Shown here piece by piece: positions 8,979 through 19,400 of a DNA stretch of 64,000 nt. The position numbers and the translations under genes were made by a program. Each line of letters opens with the position of its first letter. Positions within the stretch are counted from its first letter, which is position 1. The notes below the pieces were generated by a model. The model made no database searches and was not told the DNA's origin. It saw only the letters and a list, made by a program, of their open reading frames with translations. Origin of the DNA: Calditrichia bacterium (GTDB lineage: Bacteria > Calditrichota > Calditrichia > RBG-13-44-9 > J075); contig JBOEGD010000018.1 of NCBI GenBank assembly GCA_050633245.1, positions 188,084-252,083 on the forward strand, in the 5' to 3' direction.

Positions 8979-10325
8979 ATGGCAATATCAAGATTACTTG
9001 AGGTAGGGAAGCGCTCACTGATCTCTTCACAGAGTGCGATCAATACGACAGCAAATAATATTGCGAACGTTAATACTCCCGGCTATACGCGTCGCAGGAC
9101 TAATTTATATAATGTAACGCTGAACGGGCAAATTGGCATCGGTGTTTCTGCCGACGATATTAGTCGAATTCATCAGGGCTTTGTTGATCAACAATTATGG
9201 AAAGAGAATCACGGCCTGGGCAATTATGAAACCCGTTCACGAGTATTAAGTCAGATGGAAGCGGCTTTCGCCGATTCTTCTGATGCCGGTATTCGAACTG
9301 CGCTGGAAGAGTTTTGGAGTAGTTGGAACGATTTAGCCGACGATCCGGAAAGTGGCGCTGCACGTGAAATTGTTCGGAGCCATGGGGAAAAACTGGCTCG
9401 TTCGTTTAACAATACTCACAGTAGTCTGCGTACGCAGCAACAGCAATCTGTTCGGGAACTGGAATTGCAAATTGATGATGTAAATCTTCTGACAAGCCGG
9501 ATTGCCTCACTCAATACTGAAATCACAAGATCTAACACCCCCGATCTGCTTGACGAGAGGGACCGCTTGATTTCCGATTTGTCTGCAAAGATTAATATAA
9601 ACGTGCGTGAAGGTGATAACGGCGCACTTAATCTTTCTGTTAACGGAATCAATTTGGTAAGCGGTGGTGAGTCTCTTGATTTACATTCGACAACACAAAG
9701 CGAGAATGGTCTTTTGAGTACAGCTATAACCGTTGCCGATTTTGAGAAACCATTAGAAGGACTATCCGGAGAAGCCGGCGCATTGCTGGATCTGGTAAAT
9801 AATCAAATTTCGGGGTATTTGCAAAAATTGGATACCCTTGCAAGTGGAGTAGCAGAAAGTGTGAACGCACTTCATGTTAATGGAATGAATTTGGATGATA
9901 TAACCGGATTGAACTTTTTCGCCAATGCCGCAAATGGGGCAGCAGCAATCGAGGTGGCCCCGGAAATTTTGGCAGATGCCGGACTTATTGCCACGCGAAC
10001 CGCCGGTAGCGGCAGCGGGAATAATGACATTGCAAGACAAATAAATGAATTGCAGTACGATAACAGCTTTGATAGTCAAACTGCCGCCGGTTTTTTCTCG
10101 GAAATGCTTAGCGGGCTTGGGAACCAACTTCAGGAGTCTCGTGCCCAGGAAAATAGCCAGCAGCTGATAACCGGCGAACTTTTGAGTCAAAAGACCTCGA
10201 TCTCTGGTGTCTCTCTGGATGAAGAAATGACCCAACTTGTGCAATACGAACAGTCCTATGAGGCCGCGGCACGATTAGTTAGAACTGTTGATGAGCTCAT
10301 GGATACGCTGCTAAGCATTGTATAA
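8979..10325 (+). CDS. flgK: Flagellar hook-associated protein 1 FlgK
   Basis: ANNIANVNTPGYTRR; DLLDERDRLISDLS; SISGVSLDEEMTQLVQYEQSYEAAARLV. Confidence 0.95.
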   Translation: MAISRLLEVGKRSLISSQSAINTTANNIANVNTPGYTRRRTNLYNVTLNGQIGIGVSADDISRIHQGFVDQQLWKENHGLGNYETRSRVLSQMEAAFADSSDAGIRTALEEFWSSWNDLADDPESGAAREIVRSHGEKLARSFNNTHSSLRTQQQQSVRELELQIDDVNLLTSRIASLNTEITRSNTPDLLDERDRLISDLSAKININVREGDNGALNLSVNGINLVSGGESLDLHSTTQSENGLLSTAITVADFEKPLEGLSGEAGALLDLVNNQISGYLQKLDTLASGVAESVNALHVNGMNLDDITGLNFFANAANGAAAIEVAPEILADAGLIATRTAGSGSGNNDIARQINELQYDNSFDSQTAAGFFSEMLSGLGNQLQESRAQENSQQLITGELLSQKTSISGVSLDEEMTQLVQYEQSYEAAARLVRTVDELMDTLLSIV

Positions 10326-10363
10326 CAGGAATATTTATAACCTTAAGGATTGAGGAAAATAAA

Positions 10364-11245
10364 ATGCGTGTAACACAACAAAATATGGTTCGTCAGGCCT
10401 TGTTGCGGCTGGAAGAGCGCAATGAAAATATGGATCGGCTCTCCCGGGCAATTTCAACGGGAAAAGACGTTGTCAACCCGTCTGATTCGCCCAATAGATA
10501 TCATCGTTCGGCGCGGATGAAAGAAACATTAATGCAGCACGAACAGCATTCGAAAACAATACAAAATTCTCTTGCCTGGTTACAAACCTCTGAAGAAGCT
10601 CTGGTGACGTTGAATGACCTTGCATTAGAGGCAAGGGATATTGCATTTAAAGGAGCGGATGCAACTACCGACGATTCTGTCCTTGCAAGTCTGGCCGAAA
10701 GAATTGGTGGTATTCTCGATGAGACGATTGACGTTTTTAATAGCAACTATCTTGGCAAAGCCGTTTTCGCCGGAAGTGATACAGATTTGAGTACGCCGTT
10801 TGAACTGACAAATGGACAAGTTGGCTATGCCGGTAATGGTGATGGTTTACAGCGTTCGGTTGGCAGCAGCATGAAAGTAATGATCAATGTGTCGGGTGAA
10901 GAGCTTCTGAATACCGGGTTGTCGACAGCCTTATTAGACTTACAGGCGGCGCTGCAAAGCCAGGATCGAACGGCTATAAGTGAGACAATTGATGGCTTAA
11001 AGAATGCTTCAGAAAGTGTGTTGTCGCTTTCGGCATCGGTTGGCTCACGTCAATCTATTCTTAATTCGACGCTTCGTCGTATTGAATCAATAGACCTAAA
11101 TCTGGCTTCGTTTATTTCCGATGAAGAAGATACAGACCTGGCCGAAGCAATAGTGAAGCTGGAGTCTGAACAAAATGCCTATAGTGCAGCGCTAAGAACA
11201 ACAGCTGATATTACGCAGCTAAACATCATGCAATACTTCAGATAA
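10364..11245 (+). CDS. flgL: Flagellar hook-associated protein 3 FlgL
   Basis: MRVTQ...ISTGKDVVNPSDSP; GKAVFAG; EDTDLAEAIVKL...AYSAAL. Confidence 0.93.
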   Translation: MRVTQQNMVRQALLRLEERNENMDRLSRAISTGKDVVNPSDSPNRYHRSARMKETLMQHEQHSKTIQNSLAWLQTSEEALVTLNDLALEARDIAFKGADATTDDSVLASLAERIGGILDETIDVFNSNYLGKAVFAGSDTDLSTPFELTNGQVGYAGNGDGLQRSVGSSMKVMINVSGEELLNTGLSTALLDLQAALQSQDRTAISETIDGLKNASESVLSLSASVGSRQSILNSTLRRIESIDLNLASFISDEEDTDLAEAIVKLESEQNAYSAALRTTADITQLNIMQYFR

Positions 11246-11271
11246 TCTGATTGGAACCGGGAATTGCAAAA

Positions 11272-12168
11272 ATGAACGGGTACGCAAATGAGCAATATGC
11301 CGCTTCCCTGTCGGAATTTGGTAGTTTACTACATTTGCCTGCTGCCGGTGGCTGGCTGATAAAAAGAGAAATACCGGAAACGAATTATTCTGATGCGATG
11401 GGTTTGTATCCGCTGTTTCAATGCAACGATTGGCAGGCTCTGGAAAAAGACTTTGAATGGTTGAGGGAAGTGGTTTCGAGTATCGTCTTGGTGTGTGATC
11501 CCCTCGAACAGGTATCGGTTGAGCAACTCAAAGACCTATTTCCGGATTGCTGCAATGCGTTTAAACAACACTTTCTTATCGATCTTAATCTGAAACCGGA
11601 GAATTTTGTTTCTTCTCATCATCGGTATTATTCCCGGTATGCCACGAAACGATGCAGCATACAACGTGAACCGTATTCAGCAGAATGCCTGACAGATTGG
11701 ATGGCTCTGTATCAAAACTTGATCACGCGCCAGAATATCATCGGAATCCAGTGTTTCTCGGAAGAAGCGTTTCGGCAGCAGCTTCAAATGGAAGACATAG
11801 ACATCTTTACTGCACGTGCAAATGGCAGCGTGGTAGGTATGCAGCTTTGGATTCGCCATCAAGACAGGGCATATCATCATCTGAGCGCATATAGCGAAGC
11901 TGGATATGCGAATCGTTGCTCTTATGGATTGTTGTGGAGGGCAATTCAAGAGTATAAAAAAGCAGATTATAGCTGGTTAAACCTGGGGGGAACGGCAGGT
12001 GCTGTTGCTTCTCAGAATGGACTGGCGGCATTTAAAAAAGGATGGTCTACAACTGCAGAAACGGCCTGGCTGTGCGGCAAAATTCTTTGCGCTGACTCCT
12101 ACCGGCGGCTTATGGATCGAAGAGGTACTAAAGCAACATCATATTTCCCTGCTTACCGTGCAGGGTAA
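11272..12168 (+). CDS. GNAT-family (FemAB/CelD-like) acyltransferase
   Basis: AYHHLSAYSEAGY...SYGLLWRAI...WLNLGG...GLAAFKKGW motif of the acetyltransf_6/FemAB type. Confidence 0.75.
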   Translation: MNGYANEQYAASLSEFGSLLHLPAAGGWLIKREIPETNYSDAMGLYPLFQCNDWQALEKDFEWLREVVSSIVLVCDPLEQVSVEQLKDLFPDCCNAFKQHFLIDLNLKPENFVSSHHRYYSRYATKRCSIQREPYSAECLTDWMALYQNLITRQNIIGIQCFSEEAFRQQLQMEDIDIFTARANGSVVGMQLWIRHQDRAYHHLSAYSEAGYANRCSYGLLWRAIQEYKKADYSWLNLGGTAGAVASQNGLAAFKKGWSTTAETAWLCGKILCADSYRRLMDRRGTKATSYFPAYRAG

Positions 12169-12194
12169 ACTTAATCGGGAGTAAAGAATACAGC

Positions 12195-13226
12195 ATGGCA
12201 GTTCGCGTACCACAATTTTCCCGCAATGTTTTGCTAGAGCGGTTGTTGAATAGATTGAACAGTGAAATCGTTCGCTTGCCGGACGATGACTATGATGCAA
12301 AAAGCCGATTTAAGCATCCGCTTGTGTTTTTGGTCGGTTGTCCAAGAAGTGGTAGCACTCTAATGCTTCAATGGCTTGCGTCATCCGGGAAGTTTGCCTT
12401 CCCTGATAACTTCATGTCGAGATTTTATAAGGCACCGTTTGTTGCCCTGTTAATTCAGGATATGTTGTTTAATCCTGCCTATCAGTTTCGTAATGAATTT
12501 TCCGACTTTAACGTACAAACCTCCGACTTTGCTTCTGTTTTAGGAAAAACCAGCGGTTCTCTTTCGGTCAATGAATTCTATTACTTTTGGCGTAACTATC
12601 TGCCTGCTTCATGTGAATACCCATCCGCTGAGGAGATGCAGCGTTTTCAGTTAAGGAACGCCAGATTCGAGATCAGTCGTATTCTCGATTATCAAAATCG
12701 ACCATTTGTTTGCAAGGGGCTGCTGTTCAATCACGTTCTGCCTGAGATTGCAAGTTTCTTTCCGGAAGCTGTTTTTATCAATATTGAACGGGATCCCTTT
12801 TTTACTGCGCAGTCTCTACTACAGGCACGTGAAACATACTGGGGAGAACGCAACTCATGGTACTCATTTGCCATTCCGGAAAAACAGTCTTTACTGAGTA
12901 AAAATCCACTGGAGCAGGTGGCGGGACAAGTCTTATTAACTAAAGAAGCTGTGAAGCGTGGACTAGCGCGGATTTCGCCGGGAAGGCAGTTGACCGTAGC
13001 ATATGAAGAACTGTGTGATTCTCCGAAAAAAGTTTGGAAGAAAATCATGCCGTTATTGTCCCTTGATTGTTCGAAACAAAGCCTGCATTATTCGGGGCCG
13101 GACGGTTACGAAAACGGAAACTTTCTGCGATTTTCCGTGCAGGAAAGGGAAGAGCTGTGCACCTATCTTGGGAAATTTACCAGGGACATGACGCATAAAA
13201 AAAAGGTATTTGAAGATGCAATATAA
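12195..13226 (+). CDS. PAPS-dependent sulfotransferase
   Basis: 5'-PSB loop VFLVGCPRSGSTL; 3'-PB motif IERDPFFTAQS; YEELCDSP. Confidence 0.88.
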   Translation: MAVRVPQFSRNVLLERLLNRLNSEIVRLPDDDYDAKSRFKHPLVFLVGCPRSGSTLMLQWLASSGKFAFPDNFMSRFYKAPFVALLIQDMLFNPAYQFRNEFSDFNVQTSDFASVLGKTSGSLSVNEFYYFWRNYLPASCEYPSAEEMQRFQLRNARFEISRILDYQNRPFVCKGLLFNHVLPEIASFFPEAVFINIERDPFFTAQSLLQARETYWGERNSWYSFAIPEKQSLLSKNPLEQVAGQVLLTKEAVKRGLARISPGRQLTVAYEELCDSPKKVWKKIMPLLSLDCSKQSLHYSGPDGYENGNFLRFSVQEREELCTYLGKFTRDMTHKKKVFEDAI

Positions 13227-14220
13227 CTTTCTGATTTGCTCTGAACGCTCAGGAAGCAATCTCTTTACGCGTTTAATGAACGGTCATTCGCAAGTCTGTG
13301 GGCCTTCACCGACACATCTTTGCCGTCACTTATGGGAAAATCGATCTGCTTATTGCGCTCTCGATGAGGATGAAAACTGGCAGCGGTTAACAGAAGACGG
13401 CGAATCACTTTTCCGTACGATGACCGGCGTTTGGAAATCCGACTGGGCAACGGATAGGATTAATGCACTCACAAAGCGTTCACTCGCCGAACTGTTGCGA
13501 ACGGTGTTTCAGCACGAAGGACAGGCTAACAATAAATCTACTGTGCTAATAAAGGAAAACCACGCCTGGCGAATGCTTGATCTGCTGTGGGATATTCAGC
13601 ATGATGCGCGGTTTATCTGGTTGGTGCGCGATCCCCGTGATATGGCATTGTCCTGGAAACGTTCTCCCATATTGCGTCGCGGGGTAATTCGCGCCGGGCA
13701 GATCTGGAAGGAAGATCAGCAGCAAATGTTGTTGTTAGCCGACCGGGTTTTTACAACAGAAAATTTGATTCAAGTCCACTATGAAAAACTGGTTTCTGCA
13801 CCTGAAGAAACGCTTACACGCGTTTGCGATTTTTTAAATTTGAATTTTGAGCCGTCTATGCTAACGAAAAGCTCTCGGGCAGGTAATACCCTGCTTGCTT
13901 CCCGAGCGACGGACTGGAAAAATCTTGCTGGCCCATTGTTAAGTAATAATTTCGGAAAATATCGCACGGGTCTTACAGAAGAGGAAATATGCTATCTGGA
14001 GCAACTTTGTGGTGATGAAATGGTACAGCTCGGATACTCGCTTGATATGGATAAGGGGATGAATGTTGAAGATCTGGAACAACTGATATCGCCGCTTGAG
14101 CTTTATGATAAACCCGGCTACCAGAATGTGCCAGAGGAAGAAAAGCAGATACGATTGGCACGTGCTGAAGTTGTGGGCAAGATAAAAAAGCGAGCACTAA
14201 CACTGGAAATGGCAACATGA
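13216..14220 (+). CDS. PAPS-dependent sulfotransferase
   Basis: FLICSERSGSNL; LVRDPRDMALSW; HYEKLVSAPEETLTRVCDFL. Confidence 0.88.
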   Translation: MQYNFLICSERSGSNLFTRLMNGHSQVCGPSPTHLCRHLWENRSAYCALDEDENWQRLTEDGESLFRTMTGVWKSDWATDRINALTKRSLAELLRTVFQHEGQANNKSTVLIKENHAWRMLDLLWDIQHDARFIWLVRDPRDMALSWKRSPILRRGVIRAGQIWKEDQQQMLLLADRVFTTENLIQVHYEKLVSAPEETLTRVCDFLNLNFEPSMLTKSSRAGNTLLASRATDWKNLAGPLLSNNFGKYRTGLTEEEICYLEQLCGDEMVQLGYSLDMDKGMNVEDLEQLISPLELYDKPGYQNVPEEEKQIRLARAEVVGKIKKRALTLEMAT

Positions 14221-15182
14221 AGACGGCTGTCGGAGGATATTTTGAGCTAACGCTACCTCATCGTCAGGATTATCATCAGCGGGCGTTGAAATTGAACAGT
14301 GCGCGTAATGCGCTGCGTTATTATCTGGCACGAAAAAAAATCGATAAAATATTCCTTCCTTACTACATCTGCGATTCTCTTATCGAAGGACTGCGCAAAG
14401 ATGGTGTAGAGTGCAGCTTTTTTAAGATCGACACGTTTCTCAGACCGATTCTACCTGCAGGTATTCATGCAAGAAAACCGGCACTAATCGTCAATTATTT
14501 CGGACTTAATATCTCCGATTCTGTCGAAGAAGAGCATATCATAATCGATAACTCTCAAGCCTTTTTTACTCAACCTGCGCGAAAAACAATTTCTATATAC
14601 TCCCCAAGAAAATTCTTTGGGCTTGCCGATGGTGGATTTCTGATTGGACAAGAGATGCATAGAGCGAAGCTTCGCGCATCGGTGTCATGGGAGCACTATC
14701 AGGCCCCACTCATGCGAATTGAGTTACCGGCGGATGAAGGACTTTCGGCGTTTCGAAGAAATGAAAGGCGTCTCGCAAACGAACCGATTGCAGCAATGTC
14801 CCCTCTGACGGAGACGTTGTTGAAGAGCATCGATTACGAAGATTGTCGTAAGAGAAGAGAGTATAACTTCTCATGCTTACATCGGCGTTTAAAACACATT
14901 AACCAGTTAGAAATTACTGATGAGGAACCGAAGGGGCCCCTGGCTTATCCGTTTTTATTCAACCGTCCCGGATTAACGGAATGGTTACGCCGGCAAAGAA
15001 TTTTTTGCGCGGCCTACTGGCCTGGGGTTTCAGACCGCGCGGCGAATAATAGCTGGGAAGCAAAGCTGGCGGCCTGCCTTACTCCTTTGCCGATAGATCA
15101 TCGTTGGACTGATTCAGATATGTCCAGAGTCTGTCTTGCCGTTGAAGCATTTCTTGCAAAAACCGGAGAAGAACATGTTTAA
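14217..15182 (+). CDS. Short, divergent DegT/DnrJ-like PLP-dependent protein
   Basis: GGYFEL...NSARNAL...PYYIC...NYFG...IIDNSQAF...YSPRKFFGLADGG; C-terminal LPIDHR. Confidence 0.7.
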   Translation: MKTAVGGYFELTLPHRQDYHQRALKLNSARNALRYYLARKKIDKIFLPYYICDSLIEGLRKDGVECSFFKIDTFLRPILPAGIHARKPALIVNYFGLNISDSVEEEHIIIDNSQAFFTQPARKTISIYSPRKFFGLADGGFLIGQEMHRAKLRASVSWEHYQAPLMRIELPADEGLSAFRRNERRLANEPIAAMSPLTETLLKSIDYEDCRKRREYNFSCLHRRLKHINQLEITDEEPKGPLAYPFLFNRPGLTEWLRRQRIFCAAYWPGVSDRAANNSWEAKLAACLTPLPIDHRWTDSDMSRVCLAVEAFLAKTGEEHV

Positions 15183-16452
15183 CAAGCAAAAGGCTTCTGA
15201 TCTTGCCTATTTGGGAGGAGATCCGCTTTTTCATGAGAAGCTGCATGTTGGTGCTCCGAATCTTGGCAGTAAAGAGGCATTGTTTCAGCGGATCGAAGAA
15301 CTTTATCGTACGAAGCGCCTGGCAAACCGTGGACCTTTTGTTCGCGAGCTGGAAGCTCGTTTGGCAGAGGAGATGGGGGTTAAACATTGTATTGCGATGT
15401 GCAATGGAACCATTGCACTTGAGATTGCGATTCGTGCTTTGGGTATGTCCGGGGAGGTAATTCTTCCTTCTTTTACCTTTATTGCAACAGCCCATGCCTT
15501 GCAGTGGCAGGAGATAACCCCGGTATTCTGCGATGTTGAGAAAGAGAACTATACCATCGACCCCCTAAAGGTTGAAGCCCTGATCACTCCCAAAACAAGT
15601 GGGATTATTGGTGTTCACCTGTGGGCCCGGGCTTGCAAAATAGAGGCGCTTCAGGAAATAGCCAATCATCATAACCTGTGCCTGCTCTTTGACGCTGCGC
15701 ATGCATTTAAGTGCAGTTACAAAAAACAAATGATCGGCAGTTTTGGCGATGCAGAGGTGTTCAGTTTTCATGCCACCAAGTTCTTTAATACGTTCGAGGG
15801 TGGAGCTATTGCAACAAACAGTGAAGAACTTGCTGAGAAGATCAGATTTATGCAAAACTTCGGATTTGTAAGCAAGGATCAGGTCGACTATCTCGGAATC
15901 AATGGTAAAATGAGTGAAATATCTGCTGCAATGGGACTCACCTCTCTGGAAAGTGTAGACTTATTTGTCGCGGTAAATAAACGAAACTACCAGCTTTATA
16001 AACAGGGGCTTGCTGGTTTGTCGGGCGTGCGCTTGCTCTCCTTCAGTGAAGATGAGTTGAGCAACAAACAATATATTGTATTGGAAATTGACGCAGCTGA
16101 ATTTGGGCTTGGAAGGGATTGTACTGTAAGTCTTCTGGAATCTGAAGGGGTTCTTGCAAGGCGCTACTTCTATCCCGGATGTCATCAGATGGAGCCCTAT
16201 CGCTCGTATTTCCCCAATGCCGGCTTGCTTTTGCCCGAAACCGAGCGCCTGGCAAAACGTACGCTTTGTTTACCAACCGGGATGGCAATCGATGCCGATC
16301 ATATCTCCGGCATTTGCAAACTCCTGCACTTTTTCCAGGCACATCATCAGGAAATTACAGCCGAGTCCGGCGATCAGGGACATAAAATAACCCCATCATT
16401 TGCGGAATACGAACGGCGGATTAGCCGCGACACATATATTGAGGAGCTATAA
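15175..16452 (+). CDS. DegT/DnrJ/EryC1/StrS sugar aminotransferase, VioA/DesI-like (dTDP-4-amino-4,6-dideoxyhexose)
   Basis: LHVGAPNLG, PSFTFIATAHAL, FDAAHAF, FSFHATKFFNTFEGGA (PLP Lys), GINGKMSE; ATG at 15175 with GGAG RBS. Confidence 0.88.
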   Translation: MFNKQKASDLAYLGGDPLFHEKLHVGAPNLGSKEALFQRIEELYRTKRLANRGPFVRELEARLAEEMGVKHCIAMCNGTIALEIAIRALGMSGEVILPSFTFIATAHALQWQEITPVFCDVEKENYTIDPLKVEALITPKTSGIIGVHLWARACKIEALQEIANHHNLCLLFDAAHAFKCSYKKQMIGSFGDAEVFSFHATKFFNTFEGGAIATNSEELAEKIRFMQNFGFVSKDQVDYLGINGKMSEISAAMGLTSLESVDLFVAVNKRNYQLYKQGLAGLSGVRLLSFSEDELSNKQYIVLEIDAAEFGLGRDCTVSLLESEGVLARRYFYPGCHQMEPYRSYFPNAGLLLPETERLAKRTLCLPTGMAIDADHISGICKLLHFFQAHHQEITAESGDQGHKITPSFAEYERRISRDTYIEEL

Positions 16453-16454
16453 CA

Positions 16455-19400
16455 ATGCAAGACGAACTAGCCAATAAAATGATATTGCTGAATATCGGCA
16501 GCGGGAGTCATAAATTGCCCGGCTTTATAAATATCGACCTCGAAAATGGAGCGGATATTGTTTGGGATGTTAGAAAAGAGCTCCCATTTGACGATGCAAG
16601 CGTTGATGGAATTTATAGTGAGCACCTAATTGAACATCTAACTCAAGCTGAAGGTGCACGATTTTTACGCGAATGTCGACGAATATTAAAACCCGGCAGG
16701 CAAATGCGGTTGGCGGCATCGGACCTTGATCACATAATTCCACAATACGGACAAGAAGAATGGCGTGCTGAAAGTACAATGATTCAACGCCAAGGCTGGA
16801 ACTGGGTAGACAATACCTGTGAACAGCTAAATTTGTTGATGCGTTCCGGACGGCATCAATGGATATACAATGAAGAGGAGATGCGCAGGCTTGCAGAAAC
16901 CGCGGGTTTTAAGTTTTCCTGTAGATGCGAATACGGTAAATCTGAAGAGAGTGTGTTTCAAAATCTGGAACAGCGGGCAGAATCGCTTCTTATTTGCGAA
17001 TTTCAGAGACCGGAATTTCAAATTTCAGATACTCCGGGATTGGTTAGTATACTTATCCCTGCTTATAAAGCAGACTTTTTTGCTGCATGTCTGTCCAGTG
17101 CTCTGGAGCAGGACTATCCTTCGCTTGAAATCATTATTTGTGATGATAGTGAAGGAGGTGAAGTTGAGCAGCTTGTAAAACAGAACGATGACGAGCGTAT
17201 TCGCTATGTAAAGAATGAGGTGAATATTGGGGGGCGCAAAAATTATTTGCAGTGTTTTGATCTCGCCAGGGGCGATTATATAAAATTTCTCAATGACGAT
17301 GATATCCTGTTACCCGGTTGTGTAAGCAAAATGGTCGCAGCGATTGAAGAGTATCCGCAAGCGACACTGATAACTTCCCACCGTCAACTAATTGATGAAT
17401 CCGGCCAATCGCTACCGGATAAACGGTATAATAAAAGGCCGGTTGAAACCTCGGCATTAATAACCGGTGTTTCCGCAGTAGATACGCTTCTCACGTCTTC
17501 CCTTAATTACATAGGCGAACCGACTACTACCTTGTTCCGACGATCGGATATCGATGGAACGAAACCGAACATTTTTAGCTTTGGCGGGCGGGAAGCGCTG
17601 CGAAACGGCGATGTAACGATGTGGGTAAGCTTGCTTAGCAAGGGAGATTTGATCTATCTGCACGAAACCCTAAGCTATTTCCGTTTACATGATAAGCAGG
17701 TTCAGTGCTCGCAAGAGTATCTTTCCAAAGCTGCCAAAGCCTGGGAACAAATCCGCTTTGACGCAACCCGTATGGGATTTTTGCATCCTGAATGGAGCAC
17801 GGTGCTGGAAATTAGTGAATTAGCGACTTTGCAGCATGAAGCAAAGCTTAATGGAATTCCGGATGCAGAGCAAACCGGACTTCCGAAACTGATTCTTCTT
17901 CCGACCGAAGGACAGGTTCAACCGGATCGCCCGGAAAAATTACAGCAGTTATTAACGGATGGAGCTCTCCCGACAGCTGTCCGGGAAGACTGTGAATTGA
18001 GCAGTGAACAGGAAAATGAACTGTCGGAATGTATTGAAAAATTGCTGAATGGAGAGATTGATAATGCTCTTGAGAAGATAATGGGTTTGCTGCGACAAAA
18101 ACCGGCTTCCAAGGATGTGCTTTATGCGATGTTTAATATCTTAAAGCAGCTGAACTCAGTTAGCAAGGCGCTGACTTATTTAAACAAGCTGATTATACTT
18201 CACCCGGATTTTGCACCGGCATTTGATGAAGTCGGTTTGCTACAGCAGGCAGACGATCGATTTGAAACGGCTGTAGAGTGGTTCCACCATTCGATTTCCC
18301 TTGATCCAGACTGCCGTGAAACGAAACTGCACTACGCAGATTGCTTATTGCATTTGGGTAGGGGAGAGGAAGGATTGAGGCTTCTGGAAAGCCTGGCAAA
18401 TAATGGCGATGATACCGACGCTGCAGCGCTGCTGCTGGTAGACTGGTATGCTCGCTTAAAGCGCTTTACATCGGCAGTGAACAAGATCCAGGAAGTGTTA
18501 ACAAAGAACCCCGATAATCAAGCTGCTATAGAGCTGTTGTTGAAATTAGATCAGCAGCTGGATGAGCATCAAAGCACCCAGGCGTCTCCCGTTCAATCTG
18601 TTAACAATACAACTTTATCACTGTCTAAATCGGCTGCCGGCTCGAACGCTACGGACAAGAATGACGGGCCGATTTTTGTAGTAGGGTCGCCGCGCTCGGG
18701 AACCAGTGTTTTGTCACAGTCGCTCGGTAAACATTCTCAAACCGGTCTTGGACCGGAATCAAACTTCCTGCGACCATTGGTTCAAGCTTTTGATATTGCT
18801 TACGATTTATCAACCAAACGAGGCATTCACCATTGGTTGTCTAATAAAGGTGTGAGCAAGGAAGAGTTTTTCGAAAAGCTGGGTACAGGTGTAGACCTGC
18901 TTTTTAAAAGTAAATTAGACCAGCAACGGTGGATCGATCAAACACCTGAGTACACTCGCTGTCTAAGCGAGTTGAACATGTTATTGCCAACCGCTCACTT
19001 TGTTCACATTGTTCGGGACGGTCGTAAAGTTGTGCACTCCATGATGAATAGTGGTTTCGATTCACCATGGTCTTCTGATTTTAAAGCAGCCTGCCTTACC
19101 TGGAAAGAGTTTGTGTTGAATGGGCTGGAGTTTGAACGCACCCATCCCGAAAGAATTATTCGGGTTTATAATGAATCAATAACACAAGAGCCTGCCGGAG
19201 AATTGGCAACGATTCAGCGTAAATTGGCATTGCCCTTCGAGGAAGCGACAACCCATTTTTACTCATCTGGTATTAAAATTAATTCATCGTTTGGCGGAGA
19301 TGAGGAAGAAAAGGCTGACTGGCGTACAAAATGGAGCGCTCAGCAACGGTCGGTTTTTAATGAAATTGCCGGCAGCTTGCTGATAGCTCTGGGGTATGAG

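Noticed and set aside
10326-10363. Three GGA motifs before flgL as CsrA sites
   Set aside because: One is simply the RBS, there is no hairpin context, and csrA/fliW are not in the window
11251-11268. Second sigma-54 promoter before the GNAT gene (TTGGAACCGGGAATTGCA)
   Set aside because: GG-to-GC spacing is 11 nt, not the required 10, and it sits too close to the start codon
5631-14340. Homopolymer tracts (T8 in flgA, A8 in ST1 and the DegT-like gene) as phase-variation switches
   Set aside because: Short A/T runs are expected at this base composition and all frames are intact
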